Shown here piece by piece: positions 63,266 to 64,000 of a DNA stretch of 64,000 nt. Source of the stretch: Dimorphilus gyrociliatus (Eukaryota; Animalia; Annelida); the NCBI GenBank assembly GCA_904063045.1, contig CAJFCJ010000030.1, forward strand, positions 62,001-126,000, in the 5' to 3' direction. Under the pieces are notes generated by a model. The model was not told the origin of the DNA, did not search any database, and saw nothing but the letters and a program-made list of their open reading frames with translations. Every line of letters begins with the position of its first letter. Position 1 is the first letter of the stretch. The translations under genes were made by a program, and so were the position numbers.

Positions 63266-63982
63266 CTTTGTTGCGTCAATTAAGTTTTGTGCAAACACGT
63301 TTCGTCATCTAGATAATGCTATGTCAATGTGCTTTCGAGTCTTTGATGTTGGGAGCGAAGCATTGATGTAGAATATCTGAAGAAACGAGAACAAAAGGTG
63401 GAATGATTGCAGGCCTAGTAGTTAAAGGCAGTGCCAACTTCTATCAAGATCTTTTGTTCGTTACCTTTGAAGACGTCGTTTATGCTTATATGCGCTGCAA
63501 TATCGCTGTAGCTCAGCGCATATTGTGTACGTATATGCGAATATATATATATATTATTATCTCTATACTAAGATATCTAAAAATGTAATATGTACTCATA
63601 TACAAAAAAATGAGAATATGTGAAGATATTTTTAGATAACTTTCAATTGAAGAAGTTAATAATATATAGTGTGTACTGGCAGGCGGTTTACTTTCACATT
63701 CATCATATAAGTGAATAAATATTATTATATAATAAGATAATGATAATATAAATATATCCAAATGATTGAATCATATCGTTGCATTTATGAATACAGTATA
63801 ATAGGCAAAAATATGATAATTTGTATGTTCATATACTCGGCGGCGCGAGTCGCAACAAAGAGCAGTTTGGTACGCGACTCTTTCAACATCAAAGCGAGCA
63901 TCAACTGAACAAAGTTGCTTTGAAAATGTAGTTGGTAGCCTTTGAAGACTTTCGCGATGGGCATTTTATTTATTTTTCAAAG
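63266..63982. promoter_or_regulatory. Candidate Wnt/TCF-responsive cis-regulatory module
   Basis: Nine CTTTGWW motifs, six of them within 63854-63982, plus GCCGCCG on the - strand at 63838-63844. Confidence 0.45.
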
Positions 63983-64000
63983 AGAAAGTCGTAAATTAGT

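Noticed and set aside
640-63761. Most 60-130 aa ORFs in the supplied track (for example 7209-7655, 25890-26285, 32401-32748, 52355-52660, 63138-63371)
   Set aside because: They are antisense or alternate-frame shadows of real exons, or low-complexity AT-rich read-through of introns.
1-64000. tRNA, rRNA, spliceosomal snRNA genes, CRISPR arrays or prokaryotic defence systems
   Set aside because: No matching conserved sequences or repeat-spacer arrays were seen by eye, and the window is intron-containing animal DNA. A tRNAscan or Infernal run would be needed to exclude small RNAs formally.

Overview
Eukaryotic, not prokaryotic: a gene-dense, AT-rich animal region with about 18 protein-coding genes in 64 kb, mostly split by GT-AG introns of about 45-70 nt. 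The style suggests a compact invertebrate genome such as a miniature annelid, but the species cannot be established from this sequence. Gene order: nephrin/SYG-2-like Ig-FN3 receptor (+), degenerate DH-PH-PH RhoGEF-like gene (+), TMEM11 (+), NAA50 (-), NFYC (+), RAD17 (-), intronless aminergic-type GPCR (-), PM20D1 (-) with a tandem-GNAT acyltransferase gene nested antisense in intron 2 (+), ALDH1L (+), HACD3 (+), MFSD4-like (+), SLC7 LAT-type transporter (-), UBASH3 (-), SLC43-like (+), SMG6 (+), UPF2 (+, with a decayed Tc1 element in one intron), and an Ly6/LU-like TM poly-Cys gene (-). Best leads: (1) two core nonsense-mediated-decay genes, SMG6 and UPF2, in tandem 618 nt apart, with a spacer that looks spliced; (2) the acyltransferase nested inside an N-acyl-amino-acid hydrolase/synthase gene; (3) a dense TCF/LEF plus Helper-site cluster at the window end; (4) CCAAT boxes upstream of NFYC. 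Gene models were assembled by eye from the ORF track and splice consensus; no database search was run, so terminal exons and family calls need confirmation.
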